Shown here: positions 10,335 through 20,699 of the stretch, piece after piece
Layout: every line of letters begins with the position of its first letter
Numbering within the stretch: the first letter of the stretch is position 1
Assembly: GCA_963676395.1 (NCBI GenBank)
Contig: OY781066.1
Span: 1,984,001 to 2,048,000 of the forward strand
Direction: 5' to 3'
Source of the DNA: a bacterium
GTDB taxonomy: Bacteria; Fidelibacterota; Fidelibacteria; Fidelibacterales; Fidelibacteraceae
DNA: 64,000 nucleotides
Notes under the pieces: model-generated
Databases searched by the model: none
What the model was told of the DNA's origin: nothing
The model's input: the letters and a program-made list of their open reading frames with translations, nothing else
Made by a program: the position numbers and the translations under genes

Positions 10335-11474
10335 ATGAAGATTAATTTGCTGCGAGATGACCAGACTCCAAAATCACAAGCTCAAAAAAAAGAAAATGAT
10401 ATTCTGAGTTTTGATGATACTTCGGGAGGTAATGACGATTTTTACTTTGAGCAACCGGCTCCCCGAGGTGGCAGATATCGGCACGAAAGACGTTTTAGTT
10501 TTGGTTGGTTTATTTTTCTTGTCATTTTTATTGGGTTGATCATAATAATCATAAGCAATCCGACCGGTACTCGTGATTTCCTTTCAAGAATTGCTCATCG
10601 TTTGGCAAGAGCACCCAAAGAAGTAAGCGAAACGGTGAAGACGGTAAATAATGACGACAGAAAACCTATTAAAGAGTATGTCGCAACAAAGCCGGTACAA
10701 AATAATAATCAAAATACAACAGCTAAACAGGTTTATAAGCCGGTGCAGTCGAGTAATACGACAACTGCTAAAACAAAATCTACTCCCAAACCCGTTCAGG
10801 AAATAATTCGAGTTGAAAAACCCGTATATAAAAAAGTAGTAAAAGAAAGTACAAAAGAAGTCGTTCTTAAGAACCCACCCGTTTATGAAAAAATTCGTGA
10901 TGACATTGCTACGACAAAGCGAAATCTCTTTGCTGCCGAATATGCATGGTCAAAAGTACCTGGCGGTGTTACCATGGAAGAAATGACGATTGATAAAGAT
11001 GTTTTACGAATTGTATTGACCTCTCGTGCAGCAGAATTGATAAACTCTTACCCTAATGTAATGAGTCAACATGATATGTTCTTGATGATTGTTCCCAATG
11101 ACGCTGAGATTAAAGGTGAGCTTACCAGAGTTTATATGTACAGTGAATTACCGGGTTTTGATCCGGCAGATAGACCCGAACAACTATGGGATTTGAAGGT
11201 TGAGTGGTTGGATGACTATGTTAAGTTAGCTGCTCCTGATGCAGATGTTTTAGTTACCCCTTTGATCAAGGGCTCTGAAGTGCTGGAAGGTGAGATTTTA
11301 GTCCACAATGTTAATGTAAAGGTTATTGGTAATAGAACTGCCATGATGGTATTTTTGCATGATATTCAAGATATTCCCGCGACGGTAGCGGTTAAAGGAT
11401 TAAGTGCTAAGTACGATGAAGAAAAACAGAATTATATAATGAATCTCGATTTACTCTCTTACGAAAGAAAATAA
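10335..11474 (+). CDS. Hypothetical bitopic membrane protein, possibly PilN/PilO-like
   Basis: N-terminal INLL motif, single TM, low-complexity linker, periplasmic domains; AAGGAGG RBS. Confidence 0.65.
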   Translation: MKINLLRDDQTPKSQAQKKENDILSFDDTSGGNDDFYFEQPAPRGGRYRHERRFSFGWFIFLVIFIGLIIIIISNPTGTRDFLSRIAHRLARAPKEVSETVKTVNNDDRKPIKEYVATKPVQNNNQNTTAKQVYKPVQSSNTTTAKTKSTPKPVQEIIRVEKPVYKKVVKESTKEVVLKNPPVYEKIRDDIATTKRNLFAAEYAWSKVPGGVTMEEMTIDKDVLRIVLTSRAAELINSYPNVMSQHDMFLMIVPNDAEIKGELTRVYMYSELPGFDPADRPEQLWDLKVEWLDDYVKLAAPDADVLVTPLIKGSEVLEGEILVHNVNVKVIGNRTAMMVFLHDIQDIPATVAVKGLSAKYDEEKQNYIMNLDLLSYERK

Positions 11475-12001
11475 TGTCTAGAATAATTAGTGGTCGATAT
11501 GGTGGTTTATATATAGCCAATCCTAAACATTCTATACGCCCTACGACCGGAAAAGTAAAAGAATATATTTTCAACGTCCTTCAAAACTTAGAAGGGCGTT
11601 GTGTTTTAGACTTGTTTTGTGGAACAGGCGCTTTGGGTATTGAGGCACTTTCACGTTATGCCAAACATGTTTCCTTTATTGATAAGCATCCAAAATCTTT
11701 GCAGCTTACAAAAGAAAATTTATTGAATATTCAAGCTGAATCAGGTGAATATTCTGTTATTCGTGGCAATGCTCTTAAATGGCTCGAAGGAAAAGATATA
11801 TTATTTGATATTATATTGGCTGATCCACCTTATGATCTGCCTTTAAATGGTGAGTTTTTTGCAATATGTAGGGAACATCTTGAAGATAATGGACATCTAA
11901 TTTTGGAATATACAAGTCGTAATGAATTAGATTTTGAAGGATGGAAACCGGAAAAAATTAAAAAAATGGGTGATACTGTCGTTTATTTTCTTCGGAAGTA
12001 A
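11474..12001 (+). CDS. rsmD: 16S rRNA m2G966 methyltransferase
   Basis: RIISG, RPTT, LDLFCGTGALGIEALSR, DPPY. Confidence 0.93.
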   Translation: MSRIISGRYGGLYIANPKHSIRPTTGKVKEYIFNVLQNLEGRCVLDLFCGTGALGIEALSRYAKHVSFIDKHPKSLQLTKENLLNIQAESGEYSVIRGNALKWLEGKDILFDIILADPPYDLPLNGEFFAICREHLEDNGHLILEYTSRNELDFEGWKPEKIKKMGDTVVYFLRK

Positions 12002-12105
12002 ACGAGTATATTTATTATATAAAATGTAGGGATTAAACATATTGAAGCCCTACGCTCACAACATGGATAAATAAACCTTTTAGGAATAAACAGAAGGAGA
12101 AGACA

Positions 12106-14901
12106 ATGAGAAAAATGATACTTCCTCTCTTACTGGTTGCGATGCTTCTACTTGCCGGATGCGGCAGTGGTGACCTCTCGATCGCGTACGAGAAGTATGA
12201 ACTGGAAAATGGTTTAGATGTGATCCTTCACATTGATGACAGTGATCCAATTACAGCTGTTGCAATTCAATATCATGTAGGTTCAAATCGTGAAAAACCG
12301 GGAAAAACCGGTTTTGCTCATCTTTTTGAACATATGCTGTTCCAGGAATCCGAAAACGTACCTCAGGATCAATTTTTTGCAAAGATCCAGAATGCCGGCG
12401 GTACATTGAATGGCGGAACATGGACAGATGGTACGATCTACTATGAAGTAGTCCCCAAAAATGCACTTGAAATGGTACTTTGGATGGAATCGGATCGTAT
12501 GGGCTACTTTGTAAATACTATTACACCCGAAGCCTTTGCTAATCAACAAAATGTTGTGACAAACGAGAAACGTGAACGTGTTGATAATAATGCATACGGT
12601 CACCAGGCTTATGTGATCGGTAAGGCAATTTATCCCGAAGGTCATCCTTATAATTGGCAAACTATTGGTGTTGTTGAGGATGTTAATAATGCAACTATTC
12701 CGGATGTGAAGAAATTCTACGAAGATTATTACGGTCCTAATAATGCAACTTTAGTTATAGCCGGAGATATTGATCCTGCTGAAATTAAACCCTTGATTGA
12801 AAAGTATTTTGGTGAGATCAAAGCTCATGGTGATCCTAAACCTATGCCCAAAATGCCTGTAACGCTTGATAAAACAACTAAACTTTATCATGAAGATAAT
12901 TTTGCTCGTGCTTCTAAACTTACAATGGTATGGCCTACGGTTGAAGATGGACATAAAGATGCCTATGCATTGCAATATTTAGCTTCTTTGCTTTCAGAAG
13001 GCAAGAAAGCTCCACTATACAAGGTTCTTGTAAAAGAAAAAAATCTAACTTCGTATGCGGCAGCTTATCCTTATCCCAAAGAATTAGCCGGCGAATTTTA
13101 TGTATCGCTAACAGCGAATCATGGTGTAAGTTTGGCTGATGCTGAAGATGCGATCTTTGAGGCATTTAAGAAATTTGAACAAGAAGGATTTAGCGAAAAA
13201 GATGTTGAACGTGTAAAAGCTACACTTGAAACCGATTTTTACAATGGTATTACATCATTGATCGATAAATGCTTTAACCTTGCTATGAGTAATACTTTTA
13301 ATAATGATCCCGGCTATCTTGTGAAGGATCTTGCTAATTTAAAAGCTGTTACCAAAGAAGATATTATTCGTGTATATGAAGAATATATTAAAGATAAACC
13401 TTATGTTGCGACATCATTTGTACCTAAAGGTCAAGTTGATTTAGCTGCAGCTGGTTCAGAAAAAGCTCCCATCGTTGAAGAAAATGTAGAAGATGTCGTT
13501 TATAAAAGTGCCGCTGATCATGAAATGGGTGAGCTTGTAGAAACAGTATCATCTTTTGATCGCAGTGTTGAGCCGGAAAAAGGTCCTATGCCTGAGATTA
13601 ATCTTCCACAAGTCTGGGAAAAAGAACTCAGTAACGGTATGAAGGTTTACGGTGTTCTTCATGATGAATTACCTCTTGTATCATATGAACTGATCATTCG
13701 CGGTGGGCACCTTCTTGATTCAATTGATAAACCGGGTGTTGCTAATTTAACAGCTCAGTTAATGAATGAAGGTACTAAGAATAAGACTCCCGAGGAATTA
13801 GAAGAAGAAATCGACTTTCTTGGTGCTTCAATAAATGTTCGTTCCGGTCGTGAAACATTTATTGTTTCCGGTAACTGTCTTGCTCGTAATTTCGAGAAAA
13901 CAATTGATCTCGTTGAAGAGATCCTTCTTGAACCTCGCTGGGATGAAGAAGAGTTTGAATTGGCTAAAACTCGTATGATCAATGGAATCAAAAGAAGTAA
14001 AGCCAGTGCAGATAATGTGGCCTCACGAACTTTTGCTAAATTGCTATATGGAGAAGATCACATTTTCGGTATACCGACTTCGGGTACCGAAAAATCTGTT
14101 GAAGCTATCACTTTAGATGATCTAAAAGCTTATTACGCTGCAAATATATCTCCGACAGTTGCTTCATTTGAGATTGCCGGTGATGTGTCTCCTGCAAGAG
14201 TAGAAAAAGCTTTGGCAAGTATCTCGGAAAATTGGGAAAAGAAAAATGTTAAATTCCCCGAATATAAATTGCCTGAACCGATTAAAGAATCAAAAGTCTA
14301 TTTTGTAGATATCCCCGGTGCAAAACAGTCAGCACTACGTGTTGGTAATCTTGCTATGAAGCGCAGCGATAAAGATTATTATCCTGCTTATGTTATGAAT
14401 TATCAATTAGGTGGCGTTTTTGGATCACATATCAATATGATGCTTCGTGAAGAAAAAGGCTATACTTATGGTGCACGTTCAGGATTTAGCGGAACAAAAA
14501 TAATCGGTCCTTTTCAAGCTTCAACATCTGTTATTACAGATGCTACATTGGAATCACTTGAGATTATTCGTGATTTGACAAATGCATACAAAGAAGGTAT
14601 TTCAGATGAAGAACTGAAATTTACCCAAAATGCTATTTTAAAATCCAATACACGTCGTTTTGAAACCATGGACAATATGTTGAACATGCTCTGGATGATC
14701 GATTACTACGGAATGCCTGTTGATTATATCAAGGGCAATGAGGCTGTAGTTAAAGGTATGACGCTTGAATCACATAAAGCCTTAGCCAATAAATATTTAC
14801 ATCCCGACAAGATGATTTATCTTGTAGTTGGTGATGCGGCTACACAGCTTAAACCCCTCAAAAAATTGGGATTCGGTGAACCTGTGTTACTTGATATATA
14901 A
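12106..14901 (+). CDS. M16 (pitrilysin-family) zinc peptidase, lipoprotein
   Basis: LAGC lipobox, HLFEH inverted zinc motif, LREEKGYTYG in the C-terminal half. Confidence 0.93.
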   Translation: MRKMILPLLLVAMLLLAGCGSGDLSIAYEKYELENGLDVILHIDDSDPITAVAIQYHVGSNREKPGKTGFAHLFEHMLFQESENVPQDQFFAKIQNAGGTLNGGTWTDGTIYYEVVPKNALEMVLWMESDRMGYFVNTITPEAFANQQNVVTNEKRERVDNNAYGHQAYVIGKAIYPEGHPYNWQTIGVVEDVNNATIPDVKKFYEDYYGPNNATLVIAGDIDPAEIKPLIEKYFGEIKAHGDPKPMPKMPVTLDKTTKLYHEDNFARASKLTMVWPTVEDGHKDAYALQYLASLLSEGKKAPLYKVLVKEKNLTSYAAAYPYPKELAGEFYVSLTANHGVSLADAEDAIFEAFKKFEQEGFSEKDVERVKATLETDFYNGITSLIDKCFNLAMSNTFNNDPGYLVKDLANLKAVTKEDIIRVYEEYIKDKPYVATSFVPKGQVDLAAAGSEKAPIVEENVEDVVYKSAADHEMGELVETVSSFDRSVEPEKGPMPEINLPQVWEKELSNGMKVYGVLHDELPLVSYELIIRGGHLLDSIDKPGVANLTAQLMNEGTKNKTPEELEEEIDFLGASINVRSGRETFIVSGNCLARNFEKTIDLVEEILLEPRWDEEEFELAKTRMINGIKRSKASADNVASRTFAKLLYGEDHIFGIPTSGTEKSVEAITLDDLKAYYAANISPTVASFEIAGDVSPARVEKALASISENWEKKNVKFPEYKLPEPIKESKVYFVDIPGAKQSALRVGNLAMKRSDKDYYPAYVMNYQLGGVFGSHINMMLREEKGYTYGARSGFSGTKIIGPFQASTSVITDATLESLEIIRDLTNAYKEGISDEELKFTQNAILKSNTRRFETMDNMLNMLWMIDYYGMPVDYIKGNEAVVKGMTLESHKALANKYLHPDKMIYLVVGDAATQLKPLKKLGFGEPVLLDI

Positions 14902-14923
14902 TCAATTTAACGCCTTAAATTAT

Positions 14924-14953
14924 AAAAACCCCGGACATTGTTCGGGGTTTTTT
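14924..14953 (+). terminator. Intrinsic terminator
   Basis: AAAAACCCCGGAC-att-GTTCGGGGTTTTTT. Confidence 0.85.
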
Positions 14954-14971
14954 ATTTTGATCATAATTTTC

Positions 14972-16006
14972 GGCTTAATGGTAAAAATGGGGGGCTAAAA
15001 ACGCTATAATTAATTGATTTATAGTTTATTAAATAAGATTTCTTATTTTTTAAATAAAAAGATGGCTAAAAAGATGTCCAAAATGTGGTGGAAATAGCAC
15101 CAAAAAGAACGGAAAGAAGAGGGGAAAACAGAGCTATAAATGCAACGATTGTCACCACAGATTCTCCAGCAAATCAAGACCAAGAAAAAAAATATCTCAC
15201 AGTCTTTTCGTTGATTATTTTGAAGGCAAGCAAAGCTTACGACAGTTATCAGAAAAGTATCATTTAAGCATTAAAACAATCCGATCAAAATTAGCAGATC
15301 ATCAAGTCACTATCCCCGATTACAAACCTTCAGATACAGTGATCATTATGGATAGTAGCTACTTCAGACGAGGCTTTGGTGTCATGGTATTTAAAGATGC
15401 GTATAGTAAAAAGAATCTTGATTGGCGGTACATCAAGACAGAAACAATTGATCTTTACAAACAAGGTATTGGTTTGCTAAAGATGAGAGGATGGATAATA
15501 AAAGCTATCGTCTGTGACGGCAGAAGAGGCTTATTTAAGGCGTTTGCAGAAATCCCTATCCAAATGTGTCACTTCCACCAACAGGCTATCATAAGGCGTT
15601 ATTTAACACTGAATCCACGCACACCGGCCGGCCATGAGCTCAAAGAAATATCATACCAACTCAAAAACATTGATAAAACATCTTGGATCTTCATATTAGA
15701 TCATTGGCATAAAAAATGGCAAAATTATTTGAAAGAAAAAACGGTTAATCCAATTACGGGTAAGTGGCATTATACTCACAAAAGATTGAGAAGTGCTTAT
15801 CGAAGCCTAAAGACAAACACACCTTATCTTTTTACTTTCCAAGATTACCCTGATTTACATATCCCAAACACAACAAATCTACTGGAAGGTAACTTTACTG
15901 AATTAAAAACAAAGCTAAGAAATCATGCTGGAATTAAGGATGAAATGAAAACTAAATTAACAGACCATTTTTTGGCCAAATAGCCCCCCATTTTTACCAT
16001 TAAGCC
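14972..16006 (+). mobile_element. IS256-family (Zn-ribbon variant) insertion sequence, 1035 bp
   Basis: Perfect 26-bp IRs GGCTTAATGGTAAAAATGGGGGGCTA at 14972-14997 and 15981-16006; 8-bp TSD TAATTTTC at 14964-14971 and 16007-16014. Confidence 0.93.
15054..15983 (+). CDS. DDE transposase with N-terminal CxxC...CxxC zinc ribbon; true start uncertain
   Basis: The frame of ORF 15339-15983 is open from 15054 and encodes KRCPKCGG...YKCNDCH; catalytic-like IMDSSY, VCDGRRG, QMCHFH, TTNLLEG. Confidence 0.85.
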   Translation: MKRWLKRCPKCGGNSTKKNGKKRGKQSYKCNDCHHRFSSKSRPRKKISHSLFVDYFEGKQSLRQLSEKYHLSIKTIRSKLADHQVTIPDYKPSDTVIIMDSSYFRRGFGVMVFKDAYSKKNLDWRYIKTETIDLYKQGIGLLKMRGWIIKAIVCDGRRGLFKAFAEIPIQMCHFHQQAIIRRYLTLNPRTPAGHELKEISYQLKNIDKTSWIFILDHWHKKWQNYLKEKTVNPITGKWHYTHKRLRSAYRSLKTNTPYLFTFQDYPDLHIPNTTNLLEGNFTELKTKLRNHAGIKDEMKTKLTDHFLAK

Positions 16007-16089
16007 TAATTTTCTAGCGCTAAGAAAGTATGTGCTTAATATAGTCTTAATCTAAATGTATTTTTTAAATTGTATTTTTGAATATTTGA

Positions 16090-16767
16090 TCAGGATGCGA
16101 CATAAACCACAAACTCACCTTTTGTGGATCTCTCTTCGAAAAAGGTGATTGCTTCTGTAACAGTTCCGCGAAAAATAGTTTCATGGATTTTGGTAAGTTC
16201 TCGACCAACCAGAATCTCGCGATCTCCAAAGTGTTCAAGAATTTCATTTAAAAATTTCATGATCCGGTGAGTAGATTCATAAAATATTACACCACAATCC
16301 ATATCTTTTAAGACCTTTAAACGTGTCTGACGCCCCTTTTTATGTGGCAGGAAGCCCTCAAAATAAAAATGTCCATTGGGGATATGGGAAATAGATAATA
16401 ATGCCGTAGCAGCCGTAACACCCGGAATAGGTTCAACTGTAAAACCTGCTTTTACAATTTCTGAAACCATATAATAGCCCGGATCGGAAATACCCGGAGT
16501 CCCGGCATCGGAAACCAATGCCAATGATTCACCTTTTTGCAATCTTTCGATCACTGGAGCAATACTTTTGGCTTCCTGATTTTTATAATGGGGGATAAGT
16601 GATTTTTTAGGGATCTCGTAGCGCTGTAATAAACGGCCGGTAACTCTTGTATCTTCACAAATAATGGTATCGACATCTTTTAAGACCTGAATTGCACGGT
16701 AGGTGACATCTTCGAGGTTGCCGATGGGAGTTGCGACGATGTATAGAGTTGAGGGTTGTATTTTCAT
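16090..16767 (-). CDS. rsmI: 16S rRNA C1402 2'-O-methyltransferase
   Basis: LYIVATPIGNLED, CEDTR, VSDAGTPGISDPG, YESTHR, RELTKIHE, KGEFV. Confidence 0.96.
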   Translation of the reverse strand: MKIQPSTLYIVATPIGNLEDVTYRAIQVLKDVDTIICEDTRVTGRLLQRYEIPKKSLIPHYKNQEAKSIAPVIERLQKGESLALVSDAGTPGISDPGYYMVSEIVKAGFTVEPIPGVTAATALLSISHIPNGHFYFEGFLPHKKGRQTRLKVLKDMDCGVIFYESTHRIMKFLNEILEHFGDREILVGRELTKIHETIFRGTVTEAITFFEERSTKGEFVVYVAS

Positions 16768-16861
16768 AATAATTCTATTGTTGTCATTTCGATCGAATCC
16801 GTCATTAGATGGATGAGCGAAGGGATCTCAATAGCTGAGAAGGTTTAGACCGCTCCTTACA

Positions 16862-18118
16862 TTATAAAATTTCATTTTCAATAATTTGTTCTAAGTTTTG
16901 TCTTTTTCTGATTAATTTAATAGTACCATCTTCTTTGATCATTACTTCAGCGACGCGCGGGAATGAATTATAATTGATAGCCGACATAGATGAACAGTAA
17001 GCACCGGCATCTTCAATGACCAGATAATCACCGATCTCACATTTGGGCAAGGCAATGGCATCAATGCCTTCGGCATCACCGAGCGTAGGGGTTAAAATAT
17101 CACCGCTTTCACAGGCATGCCCTACGATAACGACATTTTCTATTTCTTTGGTAGTCTCATCATTCTTGAGGACCACGTTTATACTATGTTGAACACCATA
17201 CATGGTAGGACGTAGAAAATCACTCATTCCGGTGTTGGTTTTTAAAAAGATGTAACCTTCGGAGCCGGTATCGACTTTATCATCAATTTCACAGATCAAA
17301 GCACCGTTGGTAGCAACTAAATGAGTCCCGGGCTCTATTTCAAGTTTGATCTCACGACCGGTTTCTTTGGCAAATTCTTCAAAAAATACCTTTACTCGTG
17401 AACCGATTTCTTGAAGGTCGGTCGTTTTTTCATTCGGTAATCTGCCGATTTTAAAACCACCACCCATATTTAGGGTTGTAACATCGGGAAAAGCTTTTAC
17501 AGCATCCAGATTCATTTTGGTCACTTTTTCCCACACCGCAGGATCGGAACCGGAACCAATATGAGTGTGAAGTGTATCTATGGTTAAATTGTATTTATTG
17601 GCAAGTGCCTTAATATCATCAAAATATTCATGCCATATTCCAAAAGAAGAGGCAGGGCCACCGACATTAACTTTGTTGGCATGACCGCTACCGATACCGG
17701 GGTTGATACGAACACATACTCGTTTACCTGGGAATAGTTTACCATAGGTCTCGAGCTGACGAAGTGAACAAGCATTGTATAGAACACCCTTTTCAATCAA
17801 TTCTTTAAGATTGGGAGCCAATTCCTGAGCTGTCAGTTGTATTTTTTCGGGAGCTATGTCAATAGCAAGAAGGCGTTCGACCTCGTAAGATGAAGATGCA
17901 TCGAAATGTATACCCAAAGAGTCAAACAATCTTATGATGGCAGCTGTTGAATTGGCTTTCATAGCATAGCGAACTTTTAAACCGAAAGCATTCGGGAAAT
18001 TTAAAGCATTGATTGCAGAGCTTTTAAGCTTGGCTTCATCATAAGCGTATATCGGTGTACCGAAGTCATTAGCGATTCTACTAACCTGGTTTGGAGTTAG
18101 AATTTTGGGTGTTTTCAT
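16862..18118 (-). CDS. lysA: Diaminopimelate decarboxylase
   Basis: YAMKAN (PLP Lys), HIGS, MGGG, EPG, ACESGD, GAY. Confidence 0.92.
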   Translation of the reverse strand: MKTPKILTPNQVSRIANDFGTPIYAYDEAKLKSSAINALNFPNAFGLKVRYAMKANSTAAIIRLFDSLGIHFDASSSYEVERLLAIDIAPEKIQLTAQELAPNLKELIEKGVLYNACSLRQLETYGKLFPGKRVCVRINPGIGSGHANKVNVGGPASSFGIWHEYFDDIKALANKYNLTIDTLHTHIGSGSDPAVWEKVTKMNLDAVKAFPDVTTLNMGGGFKIGRLPNEKTTDLQEIGSRVKVFFEEFAKETGREIKLEIEPGTHLVATNGALICEIDDKVDTGSEGYIFLKTNTGMSDFLRPTMYGVQHSINVVLKNDETTKEIENVVIVGHACESGDILTPTLGDAEGIDAIALPKCEIGDYLVIEDAGAYCSSMSAINYNSFPRVAEVMIKEDGTIKLIRKRQNLEQIIENEIL

Positions 18119-18379
18119 TTTGTATACTTCCTTTTTACCGTGCTAATATACAATAAAAGTAGAAGAAGAAAAATATGTATTCGGATGATTACTCAGGAAT
18201 GATTTGAGTGTATCTTTTAAGGGCGACCTAGGAGTCTCCCTTAAAAAGCGAAAGTATTTTTATTAATTACACCTAAAGCAATCTTGTAAATCCTGTATTT
18301 TTATCGAAAAAGATATCCTATTAAATTAGCTATTGTTTTTACATATAAATTTTATATATTTACGGGCTATTTCAATTAC

Positions 18380-18451
<72 letters not shown>

Positions 18452-18460
18452 CATATCAAT

Positions 18461-18548
18461 GCCGAAGTGGTGGAATTGGCAGACACAAGGGACTTAAAAT
18501 CCCTCGGCATCTAATGCCGTACCGGTTCAAGTCCGGTCTTCGGTACCA
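18461..18548 (+). tRNA. tRNA-Leu(TAA)
   Basis: GCCGAAG/CTTCGGT acceptor stem, anticodon TAA at 18495-18497, long variable arm, GTTCAAGTC, encoded CCA. Confidence 0.96.
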
Positions 18549-18550
18549 GG

Positions 18551-18576
18551 AACCCTCTAGAGATAGAGGGTTTTTT
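18551..18576 (+). terminator. Terminator of the tRNA operon
   Basis: AACCCTCTA-gaga-TAGAGGGTT followed by a T run. Confidence 0.85.
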
Positions 18577-18877
18577 CTATCACAAAGAATTATTCAAGTG
18601 ACCCACTCCCGGAAAAGCAGACAATGTGTATCTTAAACCCCCTAATTACTGGCAACAATTCCCAACTTATTCGTAAGCATACCAACAAGAAAGAGATAAA
18701 ACTCACAAGATAATTGGGGTATAAGGCGCGAACTTAAATTTCCTGGAGATGTATAATGTTTGTAGTGTGAAAAAGCCACTCAAATGAGTGGCATGTGATT
18801 TATTATAATTTAATGATCGTTAATACAAAATATTTAGCACTTCTATCCGCAGACTAACGACTAAAGATTTAAAAAAT

Positions 18878-19312
18878 CTATAGATTTACTCCAAGTCCTA
18901 ATCCACCCCAGAGTTGACTTGGAAGGAGTCCGTTCATTATTGGAGCAACATAAGCATGGATAAAAAATCGTTTTACATTTAATCTAAGTCCTAGACGTAG
19001 CGAGACAATAGAATTAAATTCATTTTCAGAAAAAAGAAAGGTATAGTGAATACCGGTTTCTATCTGGAAGGTATTGCCAAATCTATATTGTAAGCCAAAC
19101 GGTAAAGCATCAGCGTTAGTTGATTTGCCAATTCCAATAGAAGGTCCAAAATGATGTTTCCCGTTGGATATTAGATCAGATTGGTATTCTAATTGTATCC
19201 TTGTAGCAGGGCCACCTAAATCCAAAGTAAACCCATGATAATAAACATTTTCCTCTGCTAAAGAAAATATTGCTAAACAAAGCATCAACGAAATAATAAG
19301 TATTTTTTTCAT
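18878..19312 (-). CDS. Small secreted protein, probable outer-membrane beta-barrel
   Basis: Signal peptide, alternating hydrophobic/Gly strands, C-terminal GLGLGVNL. Confidence 0.7.
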   Translation of the reverse strand: MKKILIISLMLCLAIFSLAEENVYYHGFTLDLGGPATRIQLEYQSDLISNGKHHFGPSIGIGKSTNADALPFGLQYRFGNTFQIETGIHYTFLFSENEFNSIVSLRLGLRLNVKRFFIHAYVAPIMNGLLPSQLWGGLGLGVNL

Positions 19313-19645
19313 GTTAAAAATCCTATTTTATACTGTTAATGAAACATAATAAAAAATTATAATAGTTGCAATGTATAATGAATTAATAACACCTATTATA
19401 TTAATATTGGGTTTATGGTGCTTTTTCAATATACTCAAAATTTGAGCTGTATAAAAAATTTGCGTAAACACTTTCTTTTAAATAACAAAAAAATTAATCG
19501 TTTTGTCGCATGATAAATTCATATACTCACATCAATAATAATAACACAAAACCCGTATAAACAAAGTCCCAAACGTCTGTTAGAAAAAACCTGGCACCAT
19601 TTGGGCACCACTTTGCCCGAAATTCGCTTAAACACAGGTTATTTT

Positions 19646-19693
19646 AGGGACTTAAAATCTAATGCCGTACCGGTTCAAATCCGGTCTTCGGTA
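19646..19693 (+). repeat. Partial tRNA-Leu 3' copy (att-like) with a 10-bp deletion
   Basis: AGGGACTTAAAATC-TAATGCCGTACCGGTTCAAATCCGGTCTTCGGTA versus tRNA 18488-18545. Confidence 0.92.
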
Positions 19694-19811
19694 TCCTACA
19701 AAACCCCCTTAAATAAGTGGTTTTGTGATTTTAGTGCCTTTCTTCTTGATGATTTCAAATGCATCTCATTTTATCAAAACCACGACAAAAAGAGTCATTC
19801 CTTGTCAAAAT

Positions 19812-20071
19812 TCAATGACAATCCAATGACAAAATATTTTCAATTTGATCCGAGAGACAGCTGTAGTTCTCTTTGACGAGATCCGCGTAATGCTGTTCGG
19901 TCACTTTTGTAGATGAATGACGAAGAAATCTAGACACATGATAGATGCTCACACCCTCTTGTAGCAACCAGGCACCGGCAGATTTTCGCCAGTCATGTGT
20001 GGTACTGTGAAGCTTTGCTTTTTTACAAGCTGTGTCGTATCTGTTGTTGATGTAATCGTAGTTGTAAGGGA
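19812..20071 (-). pseudogene. Tyrosine recombinase C-terminal remnant
   Basis: HDWRKS...LRHSSTKVTEQHYA (HxxR, H, Y); lacks the N-terminal part. Confidence 0.88.
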
Positions 20072-20367
20072 GCGAATCAATTTTATCGAACAATAAAAAT
20101 CTCAGAGAAAATCAAGAATTGCTTGCTGCAGCAATTGGAAATCTTGAAGGAGTTGGTTCTGGTGGTATGCTAAACTTCTTGAATTTAGCGATTGTTGATA
20201 CTCATATAGATACAGTTGCCAATGGGGTTGCTCAATTATATTTTTTTCATCCAGGATCTTCGGCATCCTCTGGAAGCACTTATGGCTTGTATGTTGCGTA
20301 CAATGTTGATGGAACGACTAGAAAACATGCCATTGAAGAATATTCATGGACAAGTGGCATGACTTAA
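20071..20367 (+). pseudogene. 5'-truncated orphan gene fragment
   Basis: Frame open from the integrase breakpoint to TAA 20367; followed by a terminator. Confidence 0.45.
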
Positions 20368-20403
20368 AAGATTTGTGTGTTTAGTTCCTTTGATTAGGGG
20401 AGA

Positions 20404-20429
20404 AGACCGGTGTAATGCCGGTCTCTTTT
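20404..20429 (+). terminator. Intrinsic terminator
   Basis: AGACCGGT-gtaat-GCCGGTCT-CTTTT. Confidence 0.7.
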
Positions 20430-20588
20430 GTTAAACTGTTTATTGCTTCTTGTTGATATTTAATAATAAAGAATATTTTATATTGTAATAAAGAGAAAGA
20501 AGGTATTAGAAAAGTAAAAACAAAGAGAGAGAAAAACATAGAAAGATAATAGGTGAGAAAGAAAAATACATAAATAAAAAAATACATG

Positions 20589-20617
20589 TTGACAATTACA
20601 TTTAATTGAAATAATAT
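20589..20617 (+). promoter_or_regulatory. Sigma70-like promoter upstream of the C25 peptidase gene
   Basis: TTGACA-17 bp-TAATAT. Confidence 0.55.
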
Positions 20618-20699
20618 TAATTATGAAATAATAATTGTTGTTGCAACTATATATCGAAAAGGGTTCGATGTATTAAACTTTCAGAAAAGGAGAAAACTA

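Noticed and set aside
15085..15267. 60-aa ORF inside the IS
   Set aside because: Alternative frame overlapping the zinc-ribbon part of the transposase
18119..18379. Lysine riboswitch upstream of lysA
   Set aside because: AT-rich, and no L-box consensus recognisable; only one short hairpin
19601..19876. Paralogous small ORFs 19601-19876 and 29028-29282
   Set aside because: Translations of the duplicated att/tRNA remnant; starts and stops are not conserved between copies
20381..20587. 68-aa Phe-rich ORF
   Set aside because: Artefact of a purine-rich low-complexity promoter region
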